Made by a program: the position numbers and the translations under genes | Notes under the pieces: generated by a model | Seen by the model: only the letters and a program-made list of their open reading frames with translations | Database searches by the model: none | Told to the model about the DNA's origin: nothing | Source: Octopus sinensis | Lineage: Eukaryota | Direction: 5' to 3' | NCBI RefSeq assembly: GCF_006345805.1 | Contig: NC_043007.1 | Location: 34,596,001-34,660,000, forward strand | Length of the DNA: 64,000 nt | Shown here: in pieces, positions 37,540 through 52,496 of the stretch | Layout: each line of letters begins with the position of its first letter | Position numbering within the stretch: the first letter of the stretch is position 1

Positions 37540-37940
37540 TACTCTTTACTCTTTTACTTGTTTCAGTCATTTGACTGCGGCCATGCTGGAGCCCCACCTT
37601 TAGTCGAGCAAATTGACCCCGGGTCTTATTCTTTGTAAGCCCAGTACTTATTCTATCGGTCTCTTTGTCGAACCGCTAAGTGACGGGGACGTAAACACAC
37701 CAGCATCGGTTGTCAAGCAATGCTAGGGGGGCAAACACAGGCACACAAACATATACACACACACTTATATATATATATACATATATACGACAGGCTTCTT
37801 TCAGTTTCCGTCTACCAAATCCATTCACAAGGCATTGGTCGGCCCGGGGCTATAGGAGAAGACACTTGCCCAAGATGCCACGCAGTGGGACTGAACCCGG
37901 AACCATGTGGTTGGTTAGCAAGCTACTTACCACACAGCCA
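37540..37940 (-). mobile_element. SINE family 2
   Basis: Homologous to 39078-39473, tail (gtaaaaga)n. Further copies at 45520-45900, 52271-52496 and 62145-62672. Confidence 0.88.
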
Positions 37941-38410
37941 CTATATATATATATGTATATATATATATGTATATACTCAAATATGTACATAATTATATAC
38001 ACATGCATACGCACACATATACATACTTCATGCGTTGGATACGAGGACGAGTATTCCAGTTGATGCGGTCAATGGAACAGCCTGCTCGTGAAATTAACGA
38101 GCAAGTGAGTACTCCACAGACGCATGTACCCTTAACAAGGTTCTCAAGAGGACTCAGCGTGACTCAACGTGACATGGCTGAGCCTTTGAAATGCAAGCGC
38201 TACTCATCTTTACCTGCTGACTTGACTGGAGCAACGCGAGATAACGAGTTTCGTATAAGGACACAGCGTGTTGATCGGAATTGAACTCACAACCTCACGA
38301 TCGGGAGCTAAGTTCCCTAGCCACAAACCCACGAGGGCGACGCACAGTACTGGTATGTTGGTTAAATTTATTGTAAAGTTCTCATGGACTGGGACTGTTA
38401 TATATCTTTT

Positions 38411-38593
38411 ATGAAAGGCAAAGTCGACCTCGGCGGAGTTCAAATTCCGCCGAGGTCTACTTTGCCTTTCATCCTTTCGGGGTCGATAAATAAAGTACCA
38501 GTTTCGCATTGGGGGTCGATGTAATCGACTTAATCCGTTTGTCTGTCCTTGTTTGTCCCCTCTGTGTTTAGCCCCTTGTGGGCAATAAAGAAA
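38411..38593 (+). mobile_element. SINE family 1 with fold-back 5' end
   Basis: 38411-38437 is the reverse complement of 38446-38472. TSD atatatctttt. Confidence 0.8.
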
Positions 38594-39024
38594 TATATAT
38601 ATCTTTTATTTCTTTCAGTCATTTGACTGCGGCCATGCTGCAGCACTATATTGACGGATTTATTCTAACAAATCAATTGCAGTGCTCTTTTTTTTTAAAG
38701 TCTAGAACTTCTTTTCGTGATCTCTTTACGGAAATGCAAAGCAAATGACGCCGGTTGCCAAGTAGTTGTGGTGACGTACACAAGCACACAAACACACACA
38801 TATTCGTTGCTATTATGAAAAAAGGTCTAAGTCCGAAACGTTGTTTTTTCAGAAAACTAAAAAATAATTTCACCATTCCATAGCAAAACCGTTGTACTAC
38901 ACTTTGACAAGTTTTTATATCTATGATCTAAAGTAGCTAGAGATCCGGCTATTGCAAGCAAAAATAAATATTGAAAAAACGTATTTGGCCAAATTTGGAC
39001 ATACGATAGATTAACATAATACCA

Positions 39025-39075
<51 letters not shown>

Positions 39076-39077
39076 AT

Positions 39078-39473
39078 AGGCGCAGGAATGGGTGTGTGGT
39101 AAGTAGCTTGCTTACCAACCACATAGTTCCGGGTTCAGTCCCACTGCGTGACACCTTGGGCAACTGTCTTCTTCAATAGCTTCGGACCGACAAAGCCTTG
39201 TGAGTGAATTTGATAGACGGAAACTGAAAGAAGCCCGTCGTATATACGTATATATATATATATATATAATATGTGTGTGTGTGTGTGTGTGTTTGTGTGA
39301 CCGTGTTTGTCCCCCAACATCGCTTGACAAACGATGCTGGTGTGTTTACGTTCTCGTAACTTAGCGGTTCGGCAAAAAAGACCGATAGAACAAGTACTAG
39401 GCTTACAAAGAATAGGTCGATTTGCTCGACCAAAGGCGGTGCTCCAGCATGGCCGCAGTCAAATGACTGAAAC
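39078..39473 (+). mobile_element. SINE family 2, full length
   Basis: tRNA-like head (tgggtgtgtggtaag; gggttcagtccc), ccttgggcaa core-like motif, internal (TA)n/(TG)n. Confidence 0.88.
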
Positions 39474-40029
39474 AATATATATATATATATATATATATAT
39501 TAATGGGAGATATGAGCTGTTCGTTAAAAATGTTAAGAATTCAAATATTTGTATTACATTTGTTTGCTTGGGTCTAGGGTTAGTCAAAGAATCTTTGGGT
39601 GTGTCCTGGATAAAGGCTTGACTACCTGTTCATTATTTTTAGTCTATGCCTACGTGGACACGTCTGTGTGTTGTCTGTGTATGTAGCGGTGAGGAGTTAA
39701 TCTATAAACAAAAGAGAAATGAATGTTTAGAAGCGTTGTCCAAAACTACCAGCTGTTTATTGATACCACTGTATGTAAGGAAATGACAGCTGTTTTTGAG
39801 AAGACTAAGACGAAGAACAGAACGATTACTGGCTGGTTGTTTTGATGACAAAGTCAGTTGAGAAATGTTTAGCTGCTTATAAATTTCAATAAATTGTCAG
39901 TTTTAATCTGGGGAAGTCGTTAAACAGTTGACTGGGTTTTGTTAAAGATGCGTGATTGTTTTTCTAGACTTTTGCTTTTTTTTTTTTTGATAAATCGCAG
40001 TAGTAGTAAGAGTATTAATTGTTGTAGTT

Positions 40030-40084
<55 letters not shown>

Positions 40085-40505
40085 CAGAAACAAGTGTTAA
40101 TAGTAGTAGTAGTCGTTGTTGTTGTTGTTGGTGGTGGTGGTAGTATTAGTGACAGTGATTTTGGTGATGGTGTTGGTTGTGGTAGTAGTGGTGGTGATGG
40201 TAGTAGTAGTAGCAGTGGTGGTGGTAGTAATCGTAGAGGTAGGAGTAGTAGCAATAGCAGTGGAGGAGTGGTGGTGGAGGTGGTGGTGGTAGTGCTAGTA
40301 GTAGTACTAGTAGTAATATTAGGAAGAGGAGGAGGAGGATGAGGGCTGGAGTTGGAGGAGAAGTATCTATGGTGAAAGTAAAAGTACTGGTAACAGAATA
40401 GCAATAGTAGCGACAACAGTGCTGTGAACATTGCCACTACTATAATCACCACCACCACCACATCTACTACAACCACCACTATCACTATCATCACACTGGA
40501 CAATG

Positions 40506-40820
40506 TTGTTGCTGTTGTTTTATTCCTTCTCGAGTCACGCCTGGCTCATAAGGGCCGGTTTCCCGGTTTCCTTGGCGTATAGGTTCCTCACCTGGACGGG
40601 ACGCCAGTCCGTCGCAGGTGAGCTGCGAGAAGCAGGAGGAAAGAGTGAGAGAAAGTTGTGGCGAAAGAGTCAGAAGAAGTTTGCCATTACCTTCTGCCGG
40701 AGCCGCGTGGAGCTTAGGTGTTTCGCTCGTAAACACACACACCGCCCGGTCTAAGATTCGAATCCGCGATCCCTCGACCGCGAGTCCGCTGCTCTAACCA
40801 CTAGGCCATGTGCTTTCTCT
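40506..40820 (-). mobile_element. tRNA(Arg)-like SINE family 4
   Basis: Head tggcctagtggttagagcagcggactcgcggtc..ggattcgaatc, (CAA)n tail, 13-bp TSD acactggacaatg (40493, 40821). Confidence 0.8.
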
Positions 40821-41920
40821 ACACTGGACAATGGCACACCTGATATACAGAAAATAGGACGGTCATGACTGGAACGTCTTTGATCATAAACAAGAGCGAA
40901 AACAAATGAAGAATGTTGTTTTCGTTATATTTTAACGCTGTCAAAGTCGCATGGCGTGGGCCACGAGGACAACGCTACCATAAAGATCACAGCCAGTACT
41001 CACTATTACTAGCAGCACCACTGCCAACTCTACAACCACTACCAAAAATGCCACCACTACTACGACCAATGCCACCACTGATAACATAATTCCCACCACT
41101 AATCCGGCATTGTTGCTACAATCATCATCATCACCATCACCTTCAGCACCTCAACTACCAGAACATCTCTGAGCAATGAAGGGAGTTTGTCATAGCAGAA
41201 TTTGTAGCAATAACAGTAGTCATGTTGATATTGTTAGTGAGTACTTACACCCCGTCGATACTTTCTGCTTTCTTTATTCTCTCACACTGTTTTTTTCTCT
41301 TATACTCATATACACAAATACATATTATACGCGTGCGTATAGATGTGAATACGATTTGTTTGATCAACAACACTCTCTCTTTCCTCTTCTCTCTTTTTCT
41401 ATCTCTGTCTCTCTTCCTCTTTCTTTTTCTCTACCTGTCTCTTTTTCTGCCTATTTCTTCATCCGACTTGCTCTGAATGCACAATAGACTTCCGGGACGG
41501 ACGTACAAACAGCGAAAATTGCATATAAAGATACACACACACACACACACACATACAGATAGACAATGCTCCAGCACGCCCGCAGTCCTACAATAGAAAA
41601 CATTAAAAGAGTACCAGAAAGATCACATATTTATATGTATATTGAGAAAGACAGAGACAAAATAGTTACACACGCACATATAAATATACATATATATATA
41701 TATATATATATACATACATACATACACACACACACATACATACATACACACACACATACATACATACATACATACACACACACACGCACACACACACACA
41801 TATATATATATATAATACACATACGCATACATACAAACACATGCACACGTCTTTTGACTAATACTTCAGATTAAAGCTAAATTATTTCTACATATATAGT
41901 ACGGCATAAAAGCACATCTT

Positions 41921-41982
<62 letters not shown>

Positions 41983-42849
41983 AATCTATTTGTCTGTCTA
42001 TATCTCTCTCTTAGTCTCCCTATCTATCTATCTCTTCCTCTGTATATGTGTGTGTATGTGTATTGTGTGTATAGGTAAATAGGAACGTATGTATGTATCA
42101 ATGAATGAATGTATGTATGTATGTGTGCGTGCGTGTCTATGTGACTTAGTGAAATTCACCACAAGCTATCTGTCAACTTACAGGAAGAAGGAAAAATAAT
42201 CGTGAAAATATAAACTGAAAAATAAATATTTATAGAATGAGTTGCGACTTGTATGACAAGGTCATATGAAAGACAGATATGATATGTCTGTTGAAGACAA
42301 CCAAAAAAAATTCCAATATTTACCAATTGATCATAAAATATTCTTGGTTCTAGCCGAACAATCTGCCTCTCAGAAGCCCGCTCGTTCTCCTAGAAATATC
42401 AGTTAAGTTTCTTTTGCAAGCCACTCCTATAGAAAGTAGGAAGGGCACATTGTGTAATGCAGCTTTTGCTAACCTTCCTACACAGGGTTGCTAGAAATAT
42501 CAGCCAAACTTCCTGCAAATCACTCTCGAATGTCTTCTAAAACGCCAGAAACTGAAAGCTCGAATGCCTTAAAATTCAGCTCTTACAATACCAGATACTG
42601 CAATAACTTAGAATTTAAAGGGACCACACCTCCTCGATATTGTCCCGAAGACGTTGAGAGACCTACATGCATAAGCTCGGGAAGTGGGAGTGCAAGCACA
42701 TTCCTAAAATGTTTTAGGGGCAATAAAAATGCTTTGAACAAACTCAGGAAAAAATTCATCGCCAAAAGGAACGAGAGTAGGGATTGATTTAAAACATTAC
42801 TTTTTCATTATTGGCCTTATCCGATTTGATTGATGTACAAATATGATAA

Positions 42850-42861
42850 TAGTAATTATTA

Positions 42862-42939
<78 letters not shown>

Positions 42940-43021
42940 TATCATTATTATTATCATTATCATCATCATCATCATTATTATTATTATTATTATCATTATT
43001 ATTATCATTATCATCATCATT

Positions 43022-43056
<35 letters not shown>

Positions 43057-43077
43057 TATTATTATTATTATTATTAT
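42850..43077. repeat. (ATT)n/(ATC)n microsatellite
   Basis: Direct inspection. Confidence 0.95.
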
Positions 43078-43439
43078 TTGCTTGAGAAAGCAGTGCATGC
43101 CATCAAAGTGACACTGGGGTGAAATATACGAAGCCCAGTATACCCATCATGACTACCCGTCAGATAAGAGTACACCAGACACACGAATCACAACCATATG
43201 TGCGCGACATAGTGAACTCATATCAAGATAAACAGGGCTGGACCTTGCAGGTGGGTCCCAGTTAGAACTTTCTCCAAGTCGAGTAGCCCTTCCCCTTTTA
43301 AAAGGTCTTTGAGTAAGGGTTATTTAAGAATATTGAACGAAACACCCACATTTCCAGAGGTGAATTATTCAAACTTCAAAAAATTCCTCTCATATATGTA
43401 ACATGTGACAATTATTCAGTAGCCATGATAAAACTCCGA

Positions 43440-44800
43440 GTGTCGGATATTGGGGCGGAACCCCACACCGGCATCTCTTCAGTTATTGGGCCATCAAAAA
43501 ATGCTGTGAAAATGACCGTTAAACACAGGGAAATTACTGTGTGATTGACCGTTATTAAGACAAAACAGCTATTAGAATGACCGCTAAGTAAAGGGAGGGA
43601 GTAAAGCTAAGGGAGTAAAAATGTTCATAGCAATCACGTAAGCGCTCATGTCCATGCATACACATGCATGCTCGCACACCCACGTACATGTGCCTATATG
43701 TATATACTCATCCATCCTCACTTGAAATACACACACATTCGCCAAAAAAAAAATATATATATACACGCATACACGTTCGCACACACACACGCGCGCACAA
43801 AAATGGTTCACACACACGTCTATATACGCACATGCACAAGAAAAAACAGAGCTAAAGGCAAAATACAGAAAAAGGTGTAACAATGTGTAAAAATTAGGCA
43901 ATAAGAATAAAAAGTAAAGGAGTAAATATGCTCATGGCGAACGCGTATGCGCGCATGTCCATACATACACATGCGCGCACGCATACATATGTGCTCGTTC
44001 ACACTCGCTTGAAACGCACACATGTGCACCCACACATTCGCCAAAAATAATTTATGCATACACGCACACACGCTCATACATACATGCGCACAAAAAATGT
44101 TCATATACACGTCTATATACGCACATACTCGCATGCACGCACACACACACGTCTATATATGCACATACCCGTACACACGCACACATCCACCCGTGCGCAC
44201 AAAAGATCCATCTACGCGTCTATGTACGTACACGAAAAATGCAGGGTGGAAGGTAAAATACAGAAAAAATGTGTAAAAAATATATGAACAATACAACTAT
44301 AAAACAATATCTCTATAAATATCTAAAAAATATATTAAAAAAATATATAAGAAATATAAATAAAAAGTATAGAGAAATAAAAAGCTTGTACGTGGACACA
44401 ATATAAAAAAACGCAAGTCCTATATGTAATCTCGGGGGATGAGGACCAAAAGCGTAACAAATATTTAGCCACGTATAGACATGATCCGAAAAGTTCAGTT
44501 CTTGAATTTAGACATGTGGCGATGTCTAAGCTGCTTTTCCAGATGAGCCATCTTTTCATATCACAAAGACCACCCTTTCCACTGCCGTTGGTGTAGGGCC
44601 TACACTTGGCTGAGATCTTTCAATGGATGTTGTAACTGACAACTTTATCTTTTAAGGACCATATATGACTGGATAATTTGATCGTTTTCCTTTTATCCCA
44701 GTGCCTGAAGCTCAAGGTGTAATTATTGAACCCCCACGTACATGTGCCTATATGTATATACTCATCCACCCTCACTTGAAACACACACATATGCTCACCC
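43440..44800 (-). mobile_element. Penelope-like element 3' remnant with tandem pseudo-LTR-like repeats
   Basis: 44455-44730 translates FNNYTLSFR..LSSHIWSLKD..YNI..CRPYTNGS..LC..LNSRTELFGSC, typical of the end of a Penelope-like GIY-YIG domain. ~320-bp repeats at 43585-44285; 44733-44800 repeats 43677-43745. Confidence 0.65.
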
Positions 44801-44812
44801 AAATATATATAT

Positions 44813-44857
<45 letters not shown>

Positions 44858-45139
44858 AATAAAATACATAGAAATACATTTATTCATTTATTATAGACTT
44901 ACAACTGTTTGAGATGTTCGTTTTGTTGTGTTCATGGTTCAGTGTTATCAATTTATCGATTGACTGACTGAAAATATAGGAGTCACTAATCTAAGTTATC
45001 TTCATTGGAGCCAAAACAATCCATCTGCCACAGAAAAAGAACAAAATAGAGGAAATGTTCTCAATGTGGTATTATTACAGAACTAGGTCATCTATCTTAA
45101 GTCATCAATCTTATTGTTGGTTCGTACCAGGGGTGAACA

Positions 45140-45224
<85 letters not shown>

Positions 45225-45389
45225 CATATATAATATATATAAAAATACAAAATGGGACAAGAACGCAGAACATTGAAATAGACGATACAAAAAACGGATG
45301 GGTCATTCGAAGCCTCTAATCTTCAGTCAAGAACCGGATCATCCTCGCAATTTCGGCTGATTAATCTTCATTTCTTGATTGCTTCGATC

Positions 45390-45440
<51 letters not shown>

Positions 45441-45694
45441 TGTGTGTGTGTGTGTGTGCGTGTGTATGTGTGTGTGTGTGTGTGCGTGTACGTCTGTGTG
45501 TGTGTTTATTTCTTTTAGTTTTTCTTTTATTTGTTTCAGTCATTTGACTGCGGCCATGCTGGAGCACCGCCTTTAGTCGAGTAAATCGACCCCAGGACTT
45601 ATTCTTTGTAAGCCTAGTACTTATTCTATCGGGGACGTAAACACACCAGCATCGGTTGTCAAGCGATGTTGTGGGGACAAACACAGACACACAA

Positions 45695-45737
<43 letters not shown>

Positions 45738-46045
45738 CTAAGGGCTTCTTTCAGTTCCGTCTACCAAATTCACTCATAATGCTTTGGTTGGCCCGAGGCT
45801 ATAGTAGAAGACACTTATCCAAGGTGCCATGCAGTGGGGCTGAACCCGAAACCATGTGGTTGGTAAGCAAGCTACTTACCATACAGCCACTCCCGCGCCT
45901 ATATATATATATATATATAATATATATATATACTTTATTTAAAGCAGCAGAAAATTCAATAAATAAAGCATATTACTCTACCACTGGTATTTGAGTACTC
46001 TTTTTTTCCACCTTGTTTCACATTTATGTGTTTACTACGGTATAT

Positions 46046-46126
<81 letters not shown>

Positions 46127-46160
46127 TGTGTGTGCGCGCGTATGCATGTATGTATGTATG

Positions 46161-46194
<34 letters not shown>

Positions 46195-47061
46195 TGTATG
46201 TATGTATGTATGTATGTGCGCGCTTCCTGTGAATGAGTTTGCTTGCTGCCTCGTAAGCGGTGGCTTTCTGTGTCATTTGCTTGTAGTCTTCTTTTTCTAC
46301 ATTATTATTTTTCGAATTGTTTTGTTGAGTGAAAGTCTGCTCAAATTTCCTTCCTGTACTGTTCATAAATTATAGGCTCTGTTTTTAACCTGAACCCTGT
46401 AAACTAAATCTCAATTATATAGCAATACCTTATCGAAATATCGAGGAAATTATAATGTAGAAATTCAAAACGTTTACTAAAACGGATGAGCGAGCGGCCA
46501 TACCTTTTGATAAGGACAACTACAAAACCACCAACAAAACTATGATAATATAGGCTGGGAATTGATACGGTCGCTAGAATCCCTTGTGCTATCGGTTCTT
46601 TCTGACACTCGGCGCTCTGAGTTCGAATCCCGCTGAAGTCAGCTTTGCCTTTCATCGCTAAAATGAAATGCTTGTGAACTGACGGATGAGTAAGAAAGTT
46701 AAACTGGATGTATTGCAGTATTTGTTCCGCTTCTTTAAGTTCTGAGTTGAAATCCTCCGCGGTCTGCTTTTGTGATAGACTTGATCTGCCACCCGTTTTA
46801 ACGCCTCCACTTAGCACGCTGGGTACCTTTAATGGAGTCTACTGTGTTGCAAGCATTCGAGTCAGATGTCCCGATTATGGATATTTTCCTCCCTTCTTCG
46901 TTTCCACTAGCCGGTGACTCTGAGAAGAGTAAAATACATGAGCGCTGTCTTTTCCTCCGTGATTAAAATATCTTCTCCATTGTAGGCACAAGGCCAGAAA
47001 TTTTGATGGAACATCCTTGTCAATTAAATCGACCCCAATGCTCAGCTGGTGCTTATTTTAC

Positions 47062-48137
47062 CAAAAATATTAACAATGCATGGAATCTTCCTCTCTAAGA
47101 GTGACACTGATAGGCTGTACTTGCCCAGAAGAAAGGGTGGGAGAGACTTGATCAGTTGCCAGGGTTGTATCGAAACAGAGGAAAACAGATTAGTGGGGTA
47201 TATAAAAAATACGGTGGAACCATTGTTGAAACATGTGAAGAAGTTCGACGTCATTAAAATTGATTATTGTATAAGAAAAGAAAAACTTAAAGAGGAAAAG
47301 AACACACAAAAAGAAACAGCATGAAAGGAGAAAAATGTACCGTTAGTTTGCAAGAAATACGAACGCCAAGACAGATGCAAAAGACCGGTGGCTATGGACG
47401 AGGAGAAGTGATCTGAAGATATATGTGCAGCACAAGAACAAGCATTAAGGACTAACTATGTGAAGTGCAGAATCGACAACACTATCAACATCGACAAATG
47501 CAGAATGTGTGCTGAGAGGGGTGAAACGTTATGGCACATAATTAGTGAATGCTCGAAATTGGCACAAAGCGAATACAAAAGACATGACAATGTGACAAGA
47601 ATAATCTACTGGGAGTTCTGTGGAAACCACGGCCTACAAATAGCAAAGACGTGGTACGAGCAAACTCCAGAAGGAGTCACCGAGAACGAAAATTGCAAAC
47701 TCCTGTGGGATGCAATGATTCAGTGCGATTACTTGATCAGACATCGGAAATCGGACATTGTTGTGGTGAATAAATGATAATCGACATAGCACGTCCCGGT
47801 CACAACAGGATCGAAGAGAAAGAACAAAAACTGAACAACTATGATGATTTGAAGTGAGAAATACGAAGGCTGTAGTCAATGAAGAGAGTAGACATGATAC
47901 CAAAAGTAATTGATGCACTCAACTACAAACATGGCTCAAAAAGATTGGTATATATATAAAAGAACACCTACAAAAATCAGCATTGCTTGGAACAGCAAGA
48001 ATTCTTCGTCGGGTTCTTGTAGCATGACCAGTAAACAAGTGTCACCTTAGTCTGTTGGCTGTAGACAGCTGACACTTTCCATCATACCCAGCAAAATAAG
48101 CGGCGAGTTTCCATCAACTAATAATAATAATAATAAT
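47062..48137 (+). mobile_element. 5'-truncated R4/Dong-clade LINE (CCHC plus restriction-like endonuclease)
   Basis: RLYLPRRKGGR, AAQEQALRT, CRMC..ETLWHIISEC, RHD, LLWD, DIVV, IIDIA. Ends in (TAA)n. Confidence 0.88.
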
Positions 48138-48500
48138 CCTTTCAACAATAGACACAAGGCCTAAAATTTGCGGGGAGGGGGATTAACCGATTACAGCGAC
48201 CCCAGTGCGTAACTGGTACCTATTTCATCGACCCCGAAAGGATGAAAGGCAAAGGCAACCTCGGTGGAAATTGAACCTCAGAATGTAGCAGCAGACGAAA
48301 TACCTATTTCTTTACTACCCACAAGGGGCTAAACACAGAGGGGACAAACAAGGACAGACAAACGGATTAAGTCGATTACATCGACCCCAGTGCGTAACTG
48401 GTACTTATTTCATCGACCCCGAAAGGATGAAAGGCAGAGTCGACCTCGGTGGAATTTGAACTCGGAACGTAGCGTGCTAACGATTCTGCCAGCTCGCCAC
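48138..48500 (-). mobile_element. Dimeric SINE family 1 (first monomer Tx1-like tail, second monomer alternative tail)
   Basis: Two tandem bodies; junction gacgaaatacctatttcttta. Confidence 0.8.
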
Positions 48501-49125
48501 TGTTCACTTCTAGCGATGGTTCAGGGTGATGTGTTCATTAATAATAAAAAGCATAAAATGTTATAAATAACTTCACTGTCCCAGAAGAACTTCAAACAAA
48601 GATTAAAAAGAGAGCATATAGTAGTATATTTTTGTTTGAATAAAACAGTTAAATCTATATGAAATTATGTTTTGTAGGAGTGTGTCTACATGTGTTTAAC
48701 AAGACAAACCTCCCTTTAGAGATGCTTTAAAATATTAAATGAAAAAACAAGCAAGGGAGATTACTTCCAAATCTATAATCCAAATTTTAAAGAAAAAAAA
48801 ACATAAAAAGAGGTGAGTCCAATATGAATGTCTTGTCTTTTAAAGCCAGCTGGTGAAAGTACTTGACACGTTATCTTTTCAGATCTCATCAGTCAAACAT
48901 GTTCTACCCGTGGTTATGTGGTAAGAAGGTTGCTTGTTTGCTTATCAACCACATGGTTCCAGGTTCTATCTCACCCTATGTTGCCTTGGGTAAAAAATCT
49001 GCTATTATAGTCCGAGGCTAACAAAAGACACGTGTATGGCTTCGGTAGACGGAAATTGAAAGAAGCTCGTGTTATATATAAGTATTCATATATATACATA
49101 CACACACACAAATGAGTGTGTTTTC

Positions 49126-49203
<78 letters not shown>

Positions 49204-49641
49204 ATGTGCGTGTGTGTGTGACGGAGCTTCTTTCAGTCCTTGACTACCAAATCCAATCCCAAGTCTTTGGTCGGCCCGGAGCATTTGCCTAAGATGCCAC
49301 ACAGTGAAACTGAACTCGGAACCACATGGCTGGGAAGGTAAATCTCTCGCTACGCAACCACACACACACGCACATACACGCACTCCCCCATATATACGTA
49401 TATATACATACACACAAACACACACACACATAAACACAAACACACTCACATACACACATACACACAAACACACACACAAACACACACACACACACACGCA
49501 CACACACACACACACATACACACAAACACACACACACTCACACACACACACATACACACACAAACACACACACACAAACATACACACACACACAAACACA
49601 CACACACTCACACACACACATACACACACACACACACACAC

Positions 49642-49678
<37 letters not shown>

Positions 49679-49948
49679 CACACATATATATATATAGAAT
49701 GCGTTCAGTTGACAATATTTACCGATTTTCTGCCCTCAGGGCATGAAACATCATTCATTGCCTTTAGCTTTCTTCTTGTTGTTGCCGTTGCTGCTGTTGT
49801 TCATGATGTGTTTTTCGTCTTCTATGAAATATAAAAATATAAAGAATACAAAAAGCAAAAATTCTTGGATGTAGTTCATGTACTGTCTACAACTGTCTGC
49901 TGCTGCTGCTGCTGCTACTGCTTCTTCTGTTCTAGCGGTTATTGACAC

Positions 49949-49949
<1 letters not shown>

Positions 49950-49996
<47 letters not shown>

Positions 49997-50170
49997 CGAC
50001 GACGACGACGATGATGACGATGATGATGATATTAATGATGATGATGATGATGACGACAATGATGATGATGTGGATGTTGATGATGTTGATGATGATGATG
50101 ACGATGATGTTGATGATGACGATGATGATGATGTTGATGATGACGATGATGGTGATGATGATGATGATGT

Positions 50171-50205
<35 letters not shown>

Positions 50206-50273
50206 GTGATGATGGTGATGATCATGATGGTGATGATGATGATGTTGATGATGATGATGATGATGATGATGAT
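49950..50273. repeat. (GAT)n microsatellite
   Basis: Direct inspection. Confidence 0.95.
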
Positions 50274-50667
50274 ACCTTTGTTATTGTTTAGCCGTAGATC
50301 ATCCATAGTTATAAAAAGCTTTCATCCATGTGACCATCCCGACTTTTATTCAGACATATCTAGGACTTCATTGTCACATGTGTCCTTCTGTTTAAGGTAA
50401 CTTCATTGCTATCTGAAGGAAATTTGATTGCTATTTCTTGCAAGATAAAAAATCCCTTACAAAAGCTCTTCTCATTAGCCTAGTTTTATTATCGTTACCA
50501 TGGTTTTTACAGTTAATGCTTTTATTTTTGTTGAATTTGTTTTGTTTTTGTTTTTGTTTTTTTTCTTCTTTTCACTTTGCCAGACAGACTGTGATTTGAG
50601 GGAAATTTAGCTGTTATTTCTAGCCGATCCATTGACCATATACATGCGCAAAATGTTGTTGTTGGTT

Positions 50668-50730
<63 letters not shown>

Positions 50731-51209
50731 GTGTTGATGTTCTAAGTATTGTTAATATTGTCACTTCTGTTTGTATGACATTTGTTGCTGTTGCTGCTGA
50801 TGATGATGGCATTTTGTGCAATTACTTCCGATGGTGACGTGGTGATGTTCAAACTGGGCTCCAGACACTATTACATGACCTAGCAATGACAGACCATTAA
50901 GAGAGCTTCTATGTGGCATTTCGATCTGTTAGAAATAACAGCCAAATATCCTTCATTAGAAGGGAAGGTCACGTTGTATAACGTAGTTCTATGGACCTTT
51001 ACATAAACAACAACATAACAACAACAAAAATACAGATGGTTGCCGGAATACCTTTGTTGAAAGTTCTGTTCAATCAGAATTGATCGAGACTACAACAACA
51101 GCAACAACAAAAGACACCACAAAAAAACAACAAAAGACACCACAAAAAAAAACAACAACAAAAACTACATGTATTAGCAACAAGGACAATAACAAATGCA
51201 ACGAAGTAC

Positions 51210-51328
51210 CGCTTGAAGCATTCCTTATTGAATTGTAATGTGATGTCATAGAGTCTCTGAGACGTTGCGACTGATCAAAGAACACGTTTTTCTCTTTGCT
51301 ACTGTCTTGCGACGACATCGCGGAGAAA
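51210..51328 (-). CDS. Possible host exon (MSSQDSSKEKNVFFDQSQRLRDSMTSHYNSIRNASS)
   Basis: Acceptor tttattctgtag, ATG at 51318, weak donor gtactt. Unique CpG-containing island among simple repeats. Confidence 0.25.
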
Positions 51329-51585
51329 CTACAGAATAAATGTAGGCGGGAGATGAGAGTAAATTTGAAGAGTGAGACGACGAGGCGAGAGGATTGAGGA
51401 AATAAAAGAGAAAATATGAAGGAGAGAGGAGGAGGGGGAGGGGGGAGGAGGAAGAGGGAGGGAGGGGAAAGGTAAAGAAAGCATTCGAAAATTGAAGAAG
51501 GCATATTCAGAAATTCAGAAGAAACAGTTATTGGTCATCTGCCTGCACATAGAGTGAAAGAGATTGAGAAAGCCACACACACACA

Positions 51586-51654
<69 letters not shown>

Positions 51655-52496
51655 ATGCACGTACAAACACACACTTACATTCACACATACGCGCACACAC
51701 ACACATATGTATGGACACAGGGTGGCCGTAAAACTTGAATACATGGAAAAAAATGTATATTTTCAATAATTTTATTCGACTACATAAATGCATATCACCA
51801 TTCCGCTCGTCTACTGAGTAGTACTGATTCAATACTTTCTTCTTTAGACAAACTCATTGGGTCTACGGAAGAAAGACAAGAATATTAGTCATATACCGTA
51901 AATTTTCGAGTATAATCCGCATTTTTCTCCAAAATTTAAAGGTCAAAATCCCTAGTGCGTACTATATACGAGGTTAAAAATAAAAATTATTTTCTAAGCA
52001 ATGTCCGAGTCTCTATTTGCTGTCTGGCTATGTTTATTCAGACGCGACCCCTTTGTCCGGCATTCGCCATGATAGATCGCTAGCTTCTAAACCTTTTTTT
52101 TTATTTTCTCACCCTGTTTATTTCTGTGTTCCTTTCTGTCGAAGAGCGTAGCCTCGAAACATAAAAGACTTTCTCACTTCCCGAGCGTTAAGCCAATACA
52201 TCTGTTTGTTGTTTACACATTCGTTTTCGTCCTTTGTTTTTTCTTTTTTTTTTGTAAATTCTCACTATGTAGGCGCAGGAGTGGCTGTGTGGTAAGTAGC
52301 TTGCTAACTAACCACATGGTTCCGGGTTCAGTCCCACTGCGTGGAATCTTGGGCAAGTGTCTTCTGCTACAGCCCCGGGCCGACCAATGCCTTGTGAGAG
52401 TGTGTGTGTATACGGAAACTGAAAGAAGCCTGTCGTATATATGTACATATGTATGTGTATGTGTGTGTGTGTGTTTGTCCACCTAGCATTGCTTGA

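Noticed and set aside
40745-40815. Functional tRNA-Arg gene (and other tRNA-like heads)
   Set aside because: Continues into a SINE body with tail and TSD; no proper acceptor stem or terminator.
42570-42787. Possible Cys-containing terminal exon (RYCNNLEF..CFRGNK..)
   Set aside because: Short, weak acceptor and no recognisable homology; cannot be supported.
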